Positions 17,545 to 27,274 are shown, numbered from the stretch's first letter. The stretch is 64,000 bases of DNA from Syntrophales bacterium (GCA_049512055.1 JBEKXK010000002.1:11639-75638); one strand, 5' to 3'. A program made the numbers and translations. Notes: generated from the sequence alone by a model not told the origin.

Positions 17545-18699
17545 TTACGCGATCTGGTCGGCCAGAACGGACACCAGATCCCGTATTTCCATCTTTATCT
17601 TCTTCCCCTGCATCAATGGATCGCGTATAGTGCAGGTGAGATGGATCATGCATTTGGGACATGCCGTAACGAGCATGTCCGCACCGGTTGCCCGCGCCTC
17701 CTCGAGCCTCTGCACCTGAATCTGCTTTGAAGATGCATCACAGTTGATGAAGCCGCAATTCCCGCAGCACAAAGCGCCCCTGCCTGAGTGTTCCATCTCC
17801 CGGAACTCCATTTCCGGAATGAGGCCGAGCAATTCCCTCGGGCCTGCATAGCGGTTCAGCATGCGCCCAAGCCTGCATGGATCCTGAAAAGTGACGGTGC
17901 GCTTGAGCGGCCGGAAGACCGTGCTGCCAAGCTGCATCTCCCGTTGGAGGAGATCCAGGAGCAAAGTTACTCTAATGTCAAACCCCGGTATGATGCGCGG
18001 CATGTGCTCACTCAAGACCTGGAAACACTCGGGGCACGAGACGATGATCTCCTTCACGCCGGCATCCTTGAAGGATGTGTAGTTCAGCCGGCAGAGCGCC
18101 TCAAAGTTTTCAATATCCCCCGACCAGAGCAGGTCGTGTCCGCAGCATCTTTCATTCGGCAGGAGAACAGGCTTGATGTCCAGAAAATTCAACAGGCGCA
18201 CGCTGTCTTTTGCTATAGAGACCGTATCCACATCGATGCCGGCGAAGAAGACATTGAAATATGGCGCGCATCCGGTGAAAAATGCGACGTCTCCTGACGA
18301 AGCCACTTTAATGCCTGGATCCAGCCAGTCGAGGCGGTTCTGCTTGAGGCGCGGGGCAGTCATCATCCTCATCCAGGAATGGATGGCGCCGTCGTGGGCG
18401 CGATAGCCCTTCAAGCCTTTTGTTTCAGCCAGCAGCGTACGCATCTCCAGGATGAAACGATTGAAATCCACGCCCGATGGGCAGCGTTCACGGCATAAGC
18501 CGCAGGTCAGGCATTCCCAGACCGAATTTTCGATGTAGGCCTCGTCCTCGCGCTCGGAGATCACTTTGTGCGCCAATAATCTGGGGGAGTATTCCTTGCC
18601 TGAGAGCCTTCGCGGGCACGAAGCAGTGCACTTGCCGCATTCCAGACATTGGTACAGCGACATATCTACGATCATCTGATCGATCTTCGGGTCGTTCAA
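17545..18699 (-). CDS. HdrC/HdrB-fusion (HdrD-like) iron-sulfur protein with two CCG domains
   Basis: 384 aa. The N-terminus has CLECGKCTASCP and CLTCGLCRERCP (2x[4Fe-4S], HdrC-like). The C-terminal part has CCGHD and CCGNCG cysteine-rich CCG motifs (HdrB-like). Confidence 0.85.
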   Translation of the reverse strand: MNDPKIDQMIVDMSLYQCLECGKCTASCPRRLSGKEYSPRLLAHKVISEREDEAYIENSVWECLTCGLCRERCPSGVDFNRFILEMRTLLAETKGLKGYRAHDGAIHSWMRMMTAPRLKQNRLDWLDPGIKVASSGDVAFFTGCAPYFNVFFAGIDVDTVSIAKDSVRLLNFLDIKPVLLPNERCCGHDLLWSGDIENFEALCRLNYTSFKDAGVKEIIVSCPECFQVLSEHMPRIIPGFDIRVTLLLDLLQREMQLGSTVFRPLKRTVTFQDPCRLGRMLNRYAGPRELLGLIPEMEFREMEHSGRGALCCGNCGFINCDASSKQIQVQRLEEARATGADMLVTACPKCMIHLTCTIRDPLMQGKKIKMEIRDLVSVLADQIA

Positions 18700-19127
18700 C
18701 TCTTCAACTCCTCCAGTTTGCGGCCTTCTCTGGACATCAGAGTCCCCAGAGCCTTCACCTCTTCCCTAAAATTCCATAGAGTCCGAACCAGCTCTTCTTT
18801 TTCATGGGCCCCGAAGGTGCGCTCCACCAGCCGTTCCTGGCGGATTCCCAGAAGGTGGAGTATCCTGCGGACGCGGTGCACATTTTCATGGCCCACCTCA
18901 GGCCCCGGGCCGTAGCGGCAATCCTCGTCCGTGCATTCCAGAAGTATTACTCCGTCTGCGCCAAACTCAAAGGCCCTCAGGATAAGGGCCTGATTGATGC
19001 GGCCGATGCACATCACCCGTATCAGGTGAAAGTTCGCCGGCATGCTCATCCCCGTCATCCCCGCTGCGTTGTAGCAGGCGAAAGGACTCCAGTTGCAGCA
19101 TATCGCCAGGATGCGGACAGGCTCCAT
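18696..19127 (-). CDS. mvhD: MvhD/FlpD-like (methyl-viologen-reducing hydrogenase delta subunit family) protein
   Basis: 143 aa. ILAICCNWSPFACYNAAG ... GADGVILLECTDEDCRYG parallels the C-terminal domain of the hdrA product. The stop overlaps the next gene's start by 4 nt. Confidence 0.8.
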   Translation of the reverse strand: MEPVRILAICCNWSPFACYNAAGMTGMSMPANFHLIRVMCIGRINQALILRAFEFGADGVILLECTDEDCRYGPGPEVGHENVHRVRRILHLLGIRQERLVERTFGAHEKEELVRTLWNFREEVKALGTLMSREGRKLEELKS

Positions 19128-19128
19128 A

Positions 19129-22100
19129 TCACAACTCCCTGACCAGTGCGCCTGCCACGATCTCTTCGAGGAGACGGTTGGTAAAGTACGGCATGTCCAT
19201 GGCAGTCACCGGACAGCGTCCCACACAGCCGCCGCACCCGACACAATTGTAGCGCAATACCTCCGCCGTGTAAAAGCCGCGCTCATTGGCGACAAGCCTG
19301 ACGGCGTCAAAGGGACATATCTCCACGCAACGGCCGCAGCCGCGGCATCGCTTCCTGTCCACCTTGGGACTGAGCTCATGGTCTTTCAAAAAGGCCTCTG
19401 CCGCAGTAGTAGCCACGTGCGCGGCCAGGGCGGCTCCTGCCTGGAAAGCAGTCACCCTCTTGAGTGTCCTGGGCATTACCCGATAGACGCCGATCTGGGG
19501 GCTGTGGAAAAATTTAAAGTTGTAGCGATAAAATTTCTTGAGGCCGAACATCCCCGCGGGAATTGCAAGAGGAAGGACGTTCATGTCGGCAAGACACACT
19601 ACATCCGCATGGAAATTCTTGCGAACGCCATTCTCACGCACGGCCACCGTAAAATCACCCAGGTGTCCCTTGATTCCTTCAATGAGAGCTTCCTCCACAT
19701 GCGTGATAGAAGCCCCGGCGATCCTGCTGACGGGCCTTTTGCGGACATCAGCGGGTGCTTTCTGGTCATCCTTGAGACTGCAACGATGGATCAGGCGCAC
19801 CTTGAATCCCTGCATGTTCAGGTTGAGGGCGGCGCTCAGGCCTACTTCCGAACCACCCAGAATCAGTATCCGATTCCCAATCTTCGTTGTGCTCTGGCGG
19901 AGCGGCCCCATGACCCGGGCGCGAATAAAGGCCTCCCTCAGAAAATTGCGCATTCTTTCTACGAGCATCTCTTCGGATACATCCGGAGAGCCCAGGTGAT
20001 CCCTGATGTTTATTGTCTCAAACCGGCAACGGTCAAGGCCATGCCTTTCAAACAGAAGGATGCGGGCGCGGTTTCTCTGATCGTTGCAGGAAATGCACTG
20101 AAACTCCAGGGGACAGCATACGCAGGAGGCCAGGATGACTCTCCCCAGCCTGTGCTCCCGCACAGCGGCGGCAATCCTTTCGGCGCCATGGGGATGGCAG
20201 GCCGAAAAAATCAGATCACTGTGCATCACGCCAGGCATCCTCAATGCCATATCCCGGATGCGCTCAAGGGCAGCAGGTGTTGCGAGGGTTCCGTTGCACG
20301 TGCAGGTGAATACTCCGAACCGCACTTCCTCTTCAGAAGCGATTGCAACCGGCTGGCATGGGACACTATTGGTCCGGAGGGACGAGCACTCCGCCATGGC
20401 CTGGCCCGCCGAGGCGCTGCCCGCAATCAATACATTCACGAGGTCTGTAGAGCTCCGGAAGTCTCCCACGCGGTATACATGTTCCTCATCGGCCAGGTTC
20501 AGGTGCGCAATCTCTTCATCGCCGGCCACAATTACGGCAGGACTGGAAACAGTCATGAGCTCCCTGTTCTTGAAATGATTGATGGCCCCTATATCCTTGC
20601 AGACGCTTTCGCAGAGGCGGCACTCGCAGCAGGAGCTGCAGTGCAGACAGCGTGCTGCTTCAGCCACTGTCTGCTCCTCGGTCAGTCCCAGATCCACTTC
20701 TTTAAAATCCCGGCGCCTCTCTGTCGCTTGCCGGCGCTGCATTTCCGGTCGAGATTTTCGGGGAGTGTCCTCAGATATTTCCAAATGCTCTCCGGCGCCG
20801 CGAGATTCATCAGGCAGCGCGCCCCACAATGGAGATACGCCGGTAAGATATTCGACAGCTCGTGCAGCGGCCCGGCGGCCCTGAGACATGGAGCCTACCA
20901 CAGTATCCGGTCCTGTGACCGCATCCCCGGCTGCAAAAACGCCTGCCTGCGAAGCCGAGAGACGCGCGTCCACATTGATCGTCCCCGACCGGCCCGTAAT
21001 CAGCTCTTTTCCGAGCCCGGTTCCCGCCAGGGACGGCTGTTGTCCGATGCCGACAATCACTGTATCCGCCGGCCGGAAGAACTCTGAACCTTTGACCGGT
21101 TCCGGCCTTCGTCGTCCACTCTCATCGACGGCGCCCTGCTTCATGCGGATCATGTCAAGTCCGGTAACCCTTCCCCTCCGGGAAACGATCCCGACGGGCG
21201 CCACGAGGTATTCAATCTTTACCCCTTCCTCCTGCGCACTCCGTATCTCCGATTCGTGCGCCGGCATATCTTTGCGTTTACGGCGGTAGCAGATGGTGAC
21301 GGATTTGGCTCCCAGCCGGATGGCGGACCGGGCCGCATCAATGGCGGAATTGCCGCCGCCGATTACGACTACATCGCCCCGGATGTTCGGCTTGCCGCCG
21401 GTGTTGAGCTCCTTCAACATCTCGAGGGCTCCATACACGCCCTTGGCATCTTCACCGGTAATATTGAGGCGGAGGTCCCGGTGCGCCCCGGTGCATAGGA
21501 GGACAGCCTGGAAACCCTGGTCAATCAGATCCTTGATGGAGCGGATCGGTGTACCGGTACGCATCTCTACGCCGGCATCGGCTATGGCCTGTATCTCTGC
21601 ATCGAGGACCTCACGGGGAAGTCTGAAGGCGTTGATTCCCATCCGCAGTATTCCTCCCGCCTCACGATGGGCCTCAAATACCGTGACGCTGAAACCCTCC
21701 CGGTTGAGGAAATAAGCCGCCGCCAGGCCGGCGGGACCGCCGCCCACTACGGCCACTCTTTCAGGCCTCAGCGGCTTTTGGGCGCCGGGCAGCCGCGGTC
21801 TGTGCTTGGCCATTTCCCGGTCGGCAAGAAAACGTTTTACGCTGCATATCGCCACCGCCTGGTCGAGCGAACTCCGCCTGCAGGCTTCCTCGCAGGGGTG
21901 GTGACAGACGCGCCCGCATATGCCCGGCAGGGGATTGTCCTGCCTTATCATGTCAAGGGCCTCGTCAAATCGCGAGGCGGCAGTCAGCGCCATATAGGCA
22001 TGGACATTCACGCCCAGGGGACAGCTTATCCTGCATGGAGAAGGTTTGCGCTTATCCAGATCAAGGGCCCGGGAAGGGCAGTAGGCCGGCGTCCTGCGCA

Positions 22101-22503
22101 GGGGAGGATGGCTCGAATTCTGAAGGGGACAAATCTCCATGCAGCGACCGCATCCCGTGCAGAGGTCATAGTTAACATATACGGGGTCTTGTGTGATGAC
22201 GGCCCGATAGCCATCGGGACCCCGCTTGATGGCCTCGATGCGCGCATGGGTTAAGGCGGTGACCAGCGGATGACGCGTTACCTGCAGGTACAGCGGGCGG
22301 AACTGGAAATCCAGATCCTCAGGGTAATCGGTAAAGGGCGCGGCTCCCCCGGGGTGCTCCAGGAAGTGAATCGCTTTCGTGACCCAGACCAGGGGCAGGC
22401 CGGATTGCGAGAGGTCCTGCGCCACTTTAAGGGCACCGTAACCGGAGCCTACAAGGAGAACGGCTTTTTTCAGGTTGCTGGTTGAGGAACTCCGATGCAT
22501 CAC
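19129..22503 (-). CDS. HdrL-type giant flavoprotein: HdrA-like domains plus GltD/NfnB-like NAD(P)H oxidoreductase module plus ferredoxin domains
   Basis: 1124 aa. GltD-like segment: CPLGVNVHAYM..ICGRVCHHPCEEACRR, VAVVGGGPAGLAAAYFL, VVVIGGGNSAIDAARSA, FAAGDAVTGP. HdrA-like Cys-rich segment: ILASCVCCPLEFQCISCNDQ. Further dinucleotide folds are LLVGSGYGALKVAQDL and ILILGGSEVGLSAALNL. The C-terminus has 2x CxxCxxCxxxCP. Confidence 0.8.
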   Translation of the reverse strand: MMHRSSSTSNLKKAVLLVGSGYGALKVAQDLSQSGLPLVWVTKAIHFLEHPGGAAPFTDYPEDLDFQFRPLYLQVTRHPLVTALTHARIEAIKRGPDGYRAVITQDPVYVNYDLCTGCGRCMEICPLQNSSHPPLRRTPAYCPSRALDLDKRKPSPCRISCPLGVNVHAYMALTAASRFDEALDMIRQDNPLPGICGRVCHHPCEEACRRSSLDQAVAICSVKRFLADREMAKHRPRLPGAQKPLRPERVAVVGGGPAGLAAAYFLNREGFSVTVFEAHREAGGILRMGINAFRLPREVLDAEIQAIADAGVEMRTGTPIRSIKDLIDQGFQAVLLCTGAHRDLRLNITGEDAKGVYGALEMLKELNTGGKPNIRGDVVVIGGGNSAIDAARSAIRLGAKSVTICYRRKRKDMPAHESEIRSAQEEGVKIEYLVAPVGIVSRRGRVTGLDMIRMKQGAVDESGRRRPEPVKGSEFFRPADTVIVGIGQQPSLAGTGLGKELITGRSGTINVDARLSASQAGVFAAGDAVTGPDTVVGSMSQGRRAAARAVEYLTGVSPLWGALPDESRGAGEHLEISEDTPRKSRPEMQRRQATERRRDFKEVDLGLTEEQTVAEAARCLHCSSCCECRLCESVCKDIGAINHFKNRELMTVSSPAVIVAGDEEIAHLNLADEEHVYRVGDFRSSTDLVNVLIAGSASAGQAMAECSSLRTNSVPCQPVAIASEEEVRFGVFTCTCNGTLATPAALERIRDMALRMPGVMHSDLIFSACHPHGAERIAAAVREHRLGRVILASCVCCPLEFQCISCNDQRNRARILLFERHGLDRCRFETINIRDHLGSPDVSEEMLVERMRNFLREAFIRARVMGPLRQSTTKIGNRILILGGSEVGLSAALNLNMQGFKVRLIHRCSLKDDQKAPADVRKRPVSRIAGASITHVEEALIEGIKGHLGDFTVAVRENGVRKNFHADVVCLADMNVLPLAIPAGMFGLKKFYRYNFKFFHSPQIGVYRVMPRTLKRVTAFQAGAALAAHVATTAAEAFLKDHELSPKVDRKRCRGCGRCVEICPFDAVRLVANERGFYTAEVLRYNCVGCGGCVGRCPVTAMDMPYFTNRLLEEIVAGALVREL

Positions 22504-23102
22504 TAATCCCTTGGCAACCTGCCCTGTTTTGCCCGGCTCTTGAGGGTAGCCTTGCCGTATTCGCTGCCGCGCTCGAAGGCCCGTGCGTTTACTTCCCGCG
22601 TTGGCGCCGGCACAGACGTCTGCACAGCTTTGCGCAAAGCCTCAGCGCTCACTAAATTATATACGGCAGCAAGAAATCCGAGCATGACGATATTCGCCAT
22701 CATTCTGTTGCCCAACTCTTCGGCGAAGCGGGTCGCCGGTATATTGTATGTGGTTACGTCTGAAGAATTTTTTTTTGCCTGCACAAGATCCGATTCCAGG
22801 ATTAGCGTGCCGCCGTCACGCAGACTGCCGATATTCTTGGAATAGCCTTCCTGGCTCAGACAGATCAGGACATGCGGCTCCTTTATATAAGGGAAAAGGA
22901 CTTCCTCATCGCTGATAATAATCTGGGCCGAGCAGGCGCCACCCCGAGCCTCAGGGCCGTAGGCCTGCGTCATGGTGGCAAATTTTCCGTCGTAAAGAGT
23001 GGCGGCCGTTCCGAGGATGTCGCCGGCCATGATGACCCCCTGTCCGCCGAAGCCCGTTATGAGAATGTGTTTTTCCTTATTCATGATAGTATCGCTAATC
23101 AC
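22503..23102 (-). CDS. 2-oxoacid:ferredoxin oxidoreductase, gamma subunit
   Basis: 199 aa. HILITGFGGQGVIMAGDILG is typical of OFOR gamma. Its boundary shares one base with the hdrL start. Confidence 0.9.
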   Translation of the reverse strand: MISDTIMNKEKHILITGFGGQGVIMAGDILGTAATLYDGKFATMTQAYGPEARGGACSAQIIISDEEVLFPYIKEPHVLICLSQEGYSKNIGSLRDGGTLILESDLVQAKKNSSDVTTYNIPATRFAEELGNRMMANIVMLGFLAAVYNLVSAEALRKAVQTSVPAPTREVNARAFERGSEYGKATLKSRAKQGRLPRD

Positions 23103-23992
23103 CCTGCCTGATTTTCCGGCACGATCGTGCCTTCAAAATCCGGCCAGTCCCCAATCAGATTCTTGCAGCTCAACTGATAGTTATCCATAAATGTCGACCG
23201 TTCGGTGTCCACAAATTTGCCCACTACGATATTGCTGCCGAAGTCTATGGGCGCCTCTTTTGGATCGATGTCGTTGCGAATGACGGAACGCTCATGATAA
23301 AACTTCAGAGTCTCCAGGGCAGTGCCGATCTTGTTGCGGCGCCCGAAGGAGGTGGGGCAAGGAGTCAGGACCTCGACGAACCCGAACCCGCGCTTCTGCA
23401 TTGCCTCGGTAATGGAGTTTGTGAGCCTGCGTATATGCAAAGACGTCCAGCGTGCGACGTAAACCGCACCGCATGCAGAGGCCAGATAGCAGAAATTGAA
23501 CGGTTCCTCCGGACAGCCCGTGACGCTTGTGGTAGTCTTAGCCCCGAAAGGCGTACTGGGAGCGAGTTGCCCGCCGGTCATCCCATAGTTTAAGTTGTTC
23601 ACACAGATGACTGTAACGTCAATGTTCCGCCGGGCCGCATGGATGAAATGATTGCCCCCTATGGCAAGCAAGTCACCGTCACCGGAGATGACGATCACCT
23701 TCAGCTCCGGTTTCGCCAGCTTCAGGCCGGTGGCGAATGGCAGAGCGCGGCCGTGCGTTGTGTGGAAGGAATCCAGCCGGATATATCCGGCCATCCGCGC
23801 GGTGCATCCGATACCGGAAACTATGGCAGTCTTGTCCAGATCGTTGCCTGATTTCTGAATGGCGGCAATCACAGACCCGAAGACGGTGCCGATGCCGCAC
23901 CCGGCGCACCATATATGGGGAAGCCGCTCACTCCGGATCAATCCTTCCATGGGATGCTCGGGCAGGGTCTTTTCCGCTTTTTTCGTCTTCAT
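23099..23992 (-). CDS. 2-oxoacid:ferredoxin oxidoreductase, beta (TPP-binding) subunit
   Basis: 297 aa. WCAGCGIGT and ISGDGDLLAIGGNHFIHAARRN (TPP GDG motif). 4-nt overlaps on both sides. Confidence 0.92.
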   Translation of the reverse strand: MKTKKAEKTLPEHPMEGLIRSERLPHIWCAGCGIGTVFGSVIAAIQKSGNDLDKTAIVSGIGCTARMAGYIRLDSFHTTHGRALPFATGLKLAKPELKVIVISGDGDLLAIGGNHFIHAARRNIDVTVICVNNLNYGMTGGQLAPSTPFGAKTTTSVTGCPEEPFNFCYLASACGAVYVARWTSLHIRRLTNSITEAMQKRGFGFVEVLTPCPTSFGRRNKIGTALETLKFYHERSVIRNDIDPKEAPIDFGSNIVVGKFVDTERSTFMDNYQLSCKNLIGDWPDFEGTIVPENQAG

Positions 23993-25149
23993 TTCTTCCC
24001 CTTTATAGAGTCTTCAATGGCGCTTAGGATGGTTACAGGGTGGATTATGGAACCGCCCATGTGGGACACCAGATGAACGGGACACGCGCCTCCGGCGCAC
24101 CGCTGCAATTCGAGGACCATCTGGCCTGCGTTAATTTCCGGCATAATGAGGGCGCGCACCCGGCCGGCTACGTCTCTGATAAGTGTTTCGGGAAAGGGCC
24201 ATACCGTTTCCAGTTTGATAAGTCCCGCGCGTATGCCTCTGTTTCGCGCATCGCGCACGGCCTGCCTGGCGGACCGCGCACTGATCCCATAAGCAACTAC
24301 AACGACATCAGCATCGTCGAGGAAAATATTTTCCGTCCGGATGATCTTGTCCCTGTTGTTTACGATTTTCCCGATCAGACGATTGACCATCTGCGCCTGT
24401 GTCTTCTCGTCCATCCCCGGATAACCGCGCTCATCATGCGTCAGACCTGTGATATGGATCCTGTAGCCGTCACCGCAGTTGGCCATGGGCGCGACCCCGT
24501 CCGGATCCGGGTGATAGGGCAGATAATCTCTTGGAGATACCTTTGGCTTCCGCCGTCCGACAAGCTTGATTTCCTCTTTTCGGGGAATGACGACGCGCTC
24601 GTTCATGTGACCGACTACCTCGTCCGCCATGATCATGACGGGTATACGGTACTGCTCGCTGAGGTTGAATGCGCGGACGGTCAAATCAAACATCTCCTGG
24701 GGACTGGAGGGTGCAAGCGCAATGACCTCGTAATGCCCGTGTGACCCCCAGCGGGCCTGCATCATATCCCCTTGGCCGACGAGCGTCGGGAGTCCCGTAG
24801 AAGGCCCTGCCCGCTGCACATTACAGATCACACACGGTGTCTCCGTACAGATCCCGAGACCGATATTCTCCATCATCAGGGAAAAGCCCGGACCGGACGT
24901 GCTGGTCATGGCCTTCACGCCTCCCCAGCTTGCACCCAGGATAGCCGACATGGATGCGATCTCGTCTTCCATTTGAATATATATGCCGCCTAGTTCCGGC
25001 AGCCTCCGGGACATGCGCTCGCCAATCTCCGTTGCCGGGGTAATCGGATACCCCGCGAAAAAGCGGCATCCCGCAGCCAGAGCGCCCTCACAGCAGGCAT
25101 AGTCACCGTTCATGAAATAGGTCCCCGTCAATACGGCCTTATCAGCCAT
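23989..25149 (-). CDS. 2-oxoacid:ferredoxin oxidoreductase, alpha subunit
   Basis: 386 aa. FAGYPITPATEI and MTSTSGPGFSLMMENIGLG are typical of the OFOR alpha subunit. Confidence 0.92.
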   Translation of the reverse strand: MADKAVLTGTYFMNGDYACCEGALAAGCRFFAGYPITPATEIGERMSRRLPELGGIYIQMEDEIASMSAILGASWGGVKAMTSTSGPGFSLMMENIGLGICTETPCVICNVQRAGPSTGLPTLVGQGDMMQARWGSHGHYEVIALAPSSPQEMFDLTVRAFNLSEQYRIPVMIMADEVVGHMNERVVIPRKEEIKLVGRRKPKVSPRDYLPYHPDPDGVAPMANCGDGYRIHITGLTHDERGYPGMDEKTQAQMVNRLIGKIVNNRDKIIRTENIFLDDADVVVVAYGISARSARQAVRDARNRGIRAGLIKLETVWPFPETLIRDVAGRVRALIMPEINAGQMVLELQRCAGGACPVHLVSHMGGSIIHPVTILSAIEDSIKGKK

Positions 25150-25206
25150 ACACCTCTCCTCGCATAACAGATACTTTATTATACTGATATGCAGTAAGTT
25201 CTTTCT

Positions 25207-25509
25207 CTACTTGTTCTTCCTTCGAGACCGGGCGGTCTTACCCTGTGCTGTTTCTGCTGCCTCTATGGAGAATATTCCAAATTCCGGACACAGGGCCTCG
25301 CAGAAATGGCAATTGACACATTTTGACTCGTCTATGACTGCAGGCGTATGATAGCCTTTGGCATTAAATGCCTGAGACATGGCAAGCACATCGCGCGGAC
25401 AGTATGCGACGCAGAATCCGCACCCTTTGCAGCGATCCTCGACGATGATGACCTTACCCCTGCTGGCCTTGATACTCTCCAGATCGAGCGGTTTTCTCCA
25501 GTATTTCAT
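25207..25509 (-). CDS. 2-oxoacid:ferredoxin oxidoreductase, delta (2x[4Fe-4S] ferredoxin) subunit
   Basis: 100 aa with CKGCGFCVAYCP and CVNCHFCEALCP. First gene of the operon, giving the order delta-alpha-beta-gamma as in OorDABC/KorDABG-type clusters. Confidence 0.88.
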   Translation of the reverse strand: MKYWRKPLDLESIKASRGKVIIVEDRCKGCGFCVAYCPRDVLAMSQAFNAKGYHTPAVIDESKCVNCHFCEALCPEFGIFSIEAAETAQGKTARSRRKNK

Positions 25510-25567
25510 GCGGCAATGCCTCTCTTCAAACGCATGTCCTTGAAGGATTTAATGAATAAAGAGAGTC

Positions 25568-25596
25568 TATATATGAGAAATAGCTGTATATGTCAA
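25568..25596 (-). promoter_or_regulatory. sigma-70-like promoter of the kor-hdr operon (TTGACA-17 nt-TATATA)
   Basis: Minus strand: TTGACA (25596..25591), the 17-nt spacer tatacagctatttctca, and TATATA (25573..25568). This is about 55 nt upstream of the korD-like start. Confidence 0.45.
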
Positions 25597-25849
25597 TAGC
25601 GCATGCACGCTGCAACTCTATGCTGTAATATCCAGAACATACGGATACACAGGGGCAACACTTGTTAAGATATGCAGCAACACAAGGAAATGCAGGCATA
25701 ACACCGTGTTCTCTTGCTTGGCAGGAGATGCATTTTTCGTCATTTCCTGATATAATCATTGACAATGCTTACTATGAAAATCTTGAGCACAGCAGATCAC
25801 TCTGATCAATACTCTCAATGAATTAATGTGCAGCAAAGAAAGGAGGACA

Positions 25850-27274
25850 ATGATGGATATATATGAAATATGCGTTGGAGGTACATTTCGCAAAACAGAC
25901 AAGATTCTGAAAGTCGCCAACCCGTATAATAATGAGGTCTTTGCTGAGACATATTTGGGCCGCGAAACTGATCTGGAAGATGCCATCTCAAAAGCTCAGT
26001 CGACGGAAAACGTCATGAAGGAACTGAGCTCTTTCGAGCGATTTGAGATACTCAGGTACATCGCCAATACCCTTACGCAGAGGAAAGACCGTTTATCAAG
26101 GGTGCTGGCACAGGAGTCGGGAAAACCTCTGATATATGCGGGCGCCGAAATTGACCGCTCCAGCCAGACTTTTCTCATCGCGGCGGAAGAATCCAAGAGG
26201 CTCCCCAGAGAATATCTGAGCCTTGACTGGACTCCCGGCGGTAAAGACAAGGAAGGGCTCGTAAAATATTTTCCCGTGGGCCTCGTCGCAGGCATCTCTC
26301 CTTTTAACTTTCCCATGAATCTCGCCGCGCACAAGATCGCACCAGCCATAGCAGCGGGTTGTCCCATAATAGTGAAACCGGCATCGGCGACGCCGCTTTC
26401 CACACTGGAACTCGCAAAAATCATCGACGAGACGTCGTTGCCGAAAGGGGCGCTGTCCATTAATCCGATGGCTCGTGCGACGGGAATGAAGCTTGTGACC
26501 GACGAGAGGTTCAAGCTTCTCACATTCACAGGGTCTCCAGAGGTGGGATGGAGAATGAAGAAAGAGGCGGGCAAGAAAAAAGTAGTGCTCGAACTTGGTG
26601 GGAACGCCGGCGTCATTGTATGCGGAAGCGCCGATATCGACTTTGCCGTGAAAAGGTGCATTTTGGGCGGTTTTGCCTACTCGGGGCAGATCTGCATCCA
26701 TGCCCAGAGGATCTTTGTGGAGAGAAGGATTTTTGATGAGTTTCTGGAGAAATTCGTAGTGAGCGCACAGAGCTTAAGGTTCGGTGACCCTCTCAAACCA
26801 GAAACACAGATCTCTGTCATGATCGATGAACCGAATGCGAAACGAGTCGAAGAGTGGGTGAAAGAGGCAACAAGCGGCGGTGCACAGATTGTCTGCGGAG
26901 GGAACAGAGATGGTGCATTTTGTGAGCCAACAGTACTCACAAACACGAAGAGATCGATGAAGGTCAATTGTCTCGAGGTTTTCGGGCCTGTGGTTACCAT
27001 AGAACCCTATACAACCATAGAAGAGGCGGTCCAAATGGTAAACGATACGAACTTCGGACTACAGGCTGGAATCTTTACTTATAACATGAATGAAATAAAC
27101 TACGCATTTATGAATCTGGAAGTCGGAGGTGTCATTGTCAATGACGTTCCCACATTCCGTGTAGATCACATGCCCTATGGGGGTGTAAAGGATTCAGGTC
27201 TGGGAAGGGAAGGCCTAAAATATGCTATCATGGATATGATGGAGCCGAAGATACTCGTTACAGATACGCGTTAA
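25850..27274 (+). CDS. NAD(P)-dependent aldehyde dehydrogenase family protein
   Basis: Same frame as ORF 25826..27274, started at the ATG 6 nt after AGGAGG. Contains LELGGNAG and the catalytic-Cys context SGQICIHAQR. Confidence 0.9.
   Translation: MMDIYEICVGGTFRKTDKILKVANPYNNEVFAETYLGRETDLEDAISKAQSTENVMKELSSFERFEILRYIANTLTQRKDRLSRVLAQESGKPLIYAGAEIDRSSQTFLIAAEESKRLPREYLSLDWTPGGKDKEGLVKYFPVGLVAGISPFNFPMNLAAHKIAPAIAAGCPIIVKPASATPLSTLELAKIIDETSLPKGALSINPMARATGMKLVTDERFKLLTFTGSPEVGWRMKKEAGKKKVVLELGGNAGVIVCGSADIDFAVKRCILGGFAYSGQICIHAQRIFVERRIFDEFLEKFVVSAQSLRFGDPLKPETQISVMIDEPNAKRVEEWVKEATSGGAQIVCGGNRDGAFCEPTVLTNTKRSMKVNCLEVFGPVVTIEPYTTIEEAVQMVNDTNFGLQAGIFTYNMNEINYAFMNLEVGGVIVNDVPTFRVDHMPYGGVKDSGLGREGLKYAIMDMMEPKILVTDTR

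Noticed and set aside
19093-21087. 664-aa + strand ORF, plus other + ORFs at 19286..22485, opposite the hdrL-type gene
   Set aside because: This is an antisense shadow of a well-supported 1124-aa minus-strand gene. The translation is Arg/Ala/Gly/Pro-rich with no recognisable motifs, as is typical of GC-rich antisense frames.
25996-26701. 221-aa and 201-aa minus-strand ORFs inside the aldehyde dehydrogenase gene
   Set aside because: Antisense shadows. The + frame carries the ALDH catalytic motifs.
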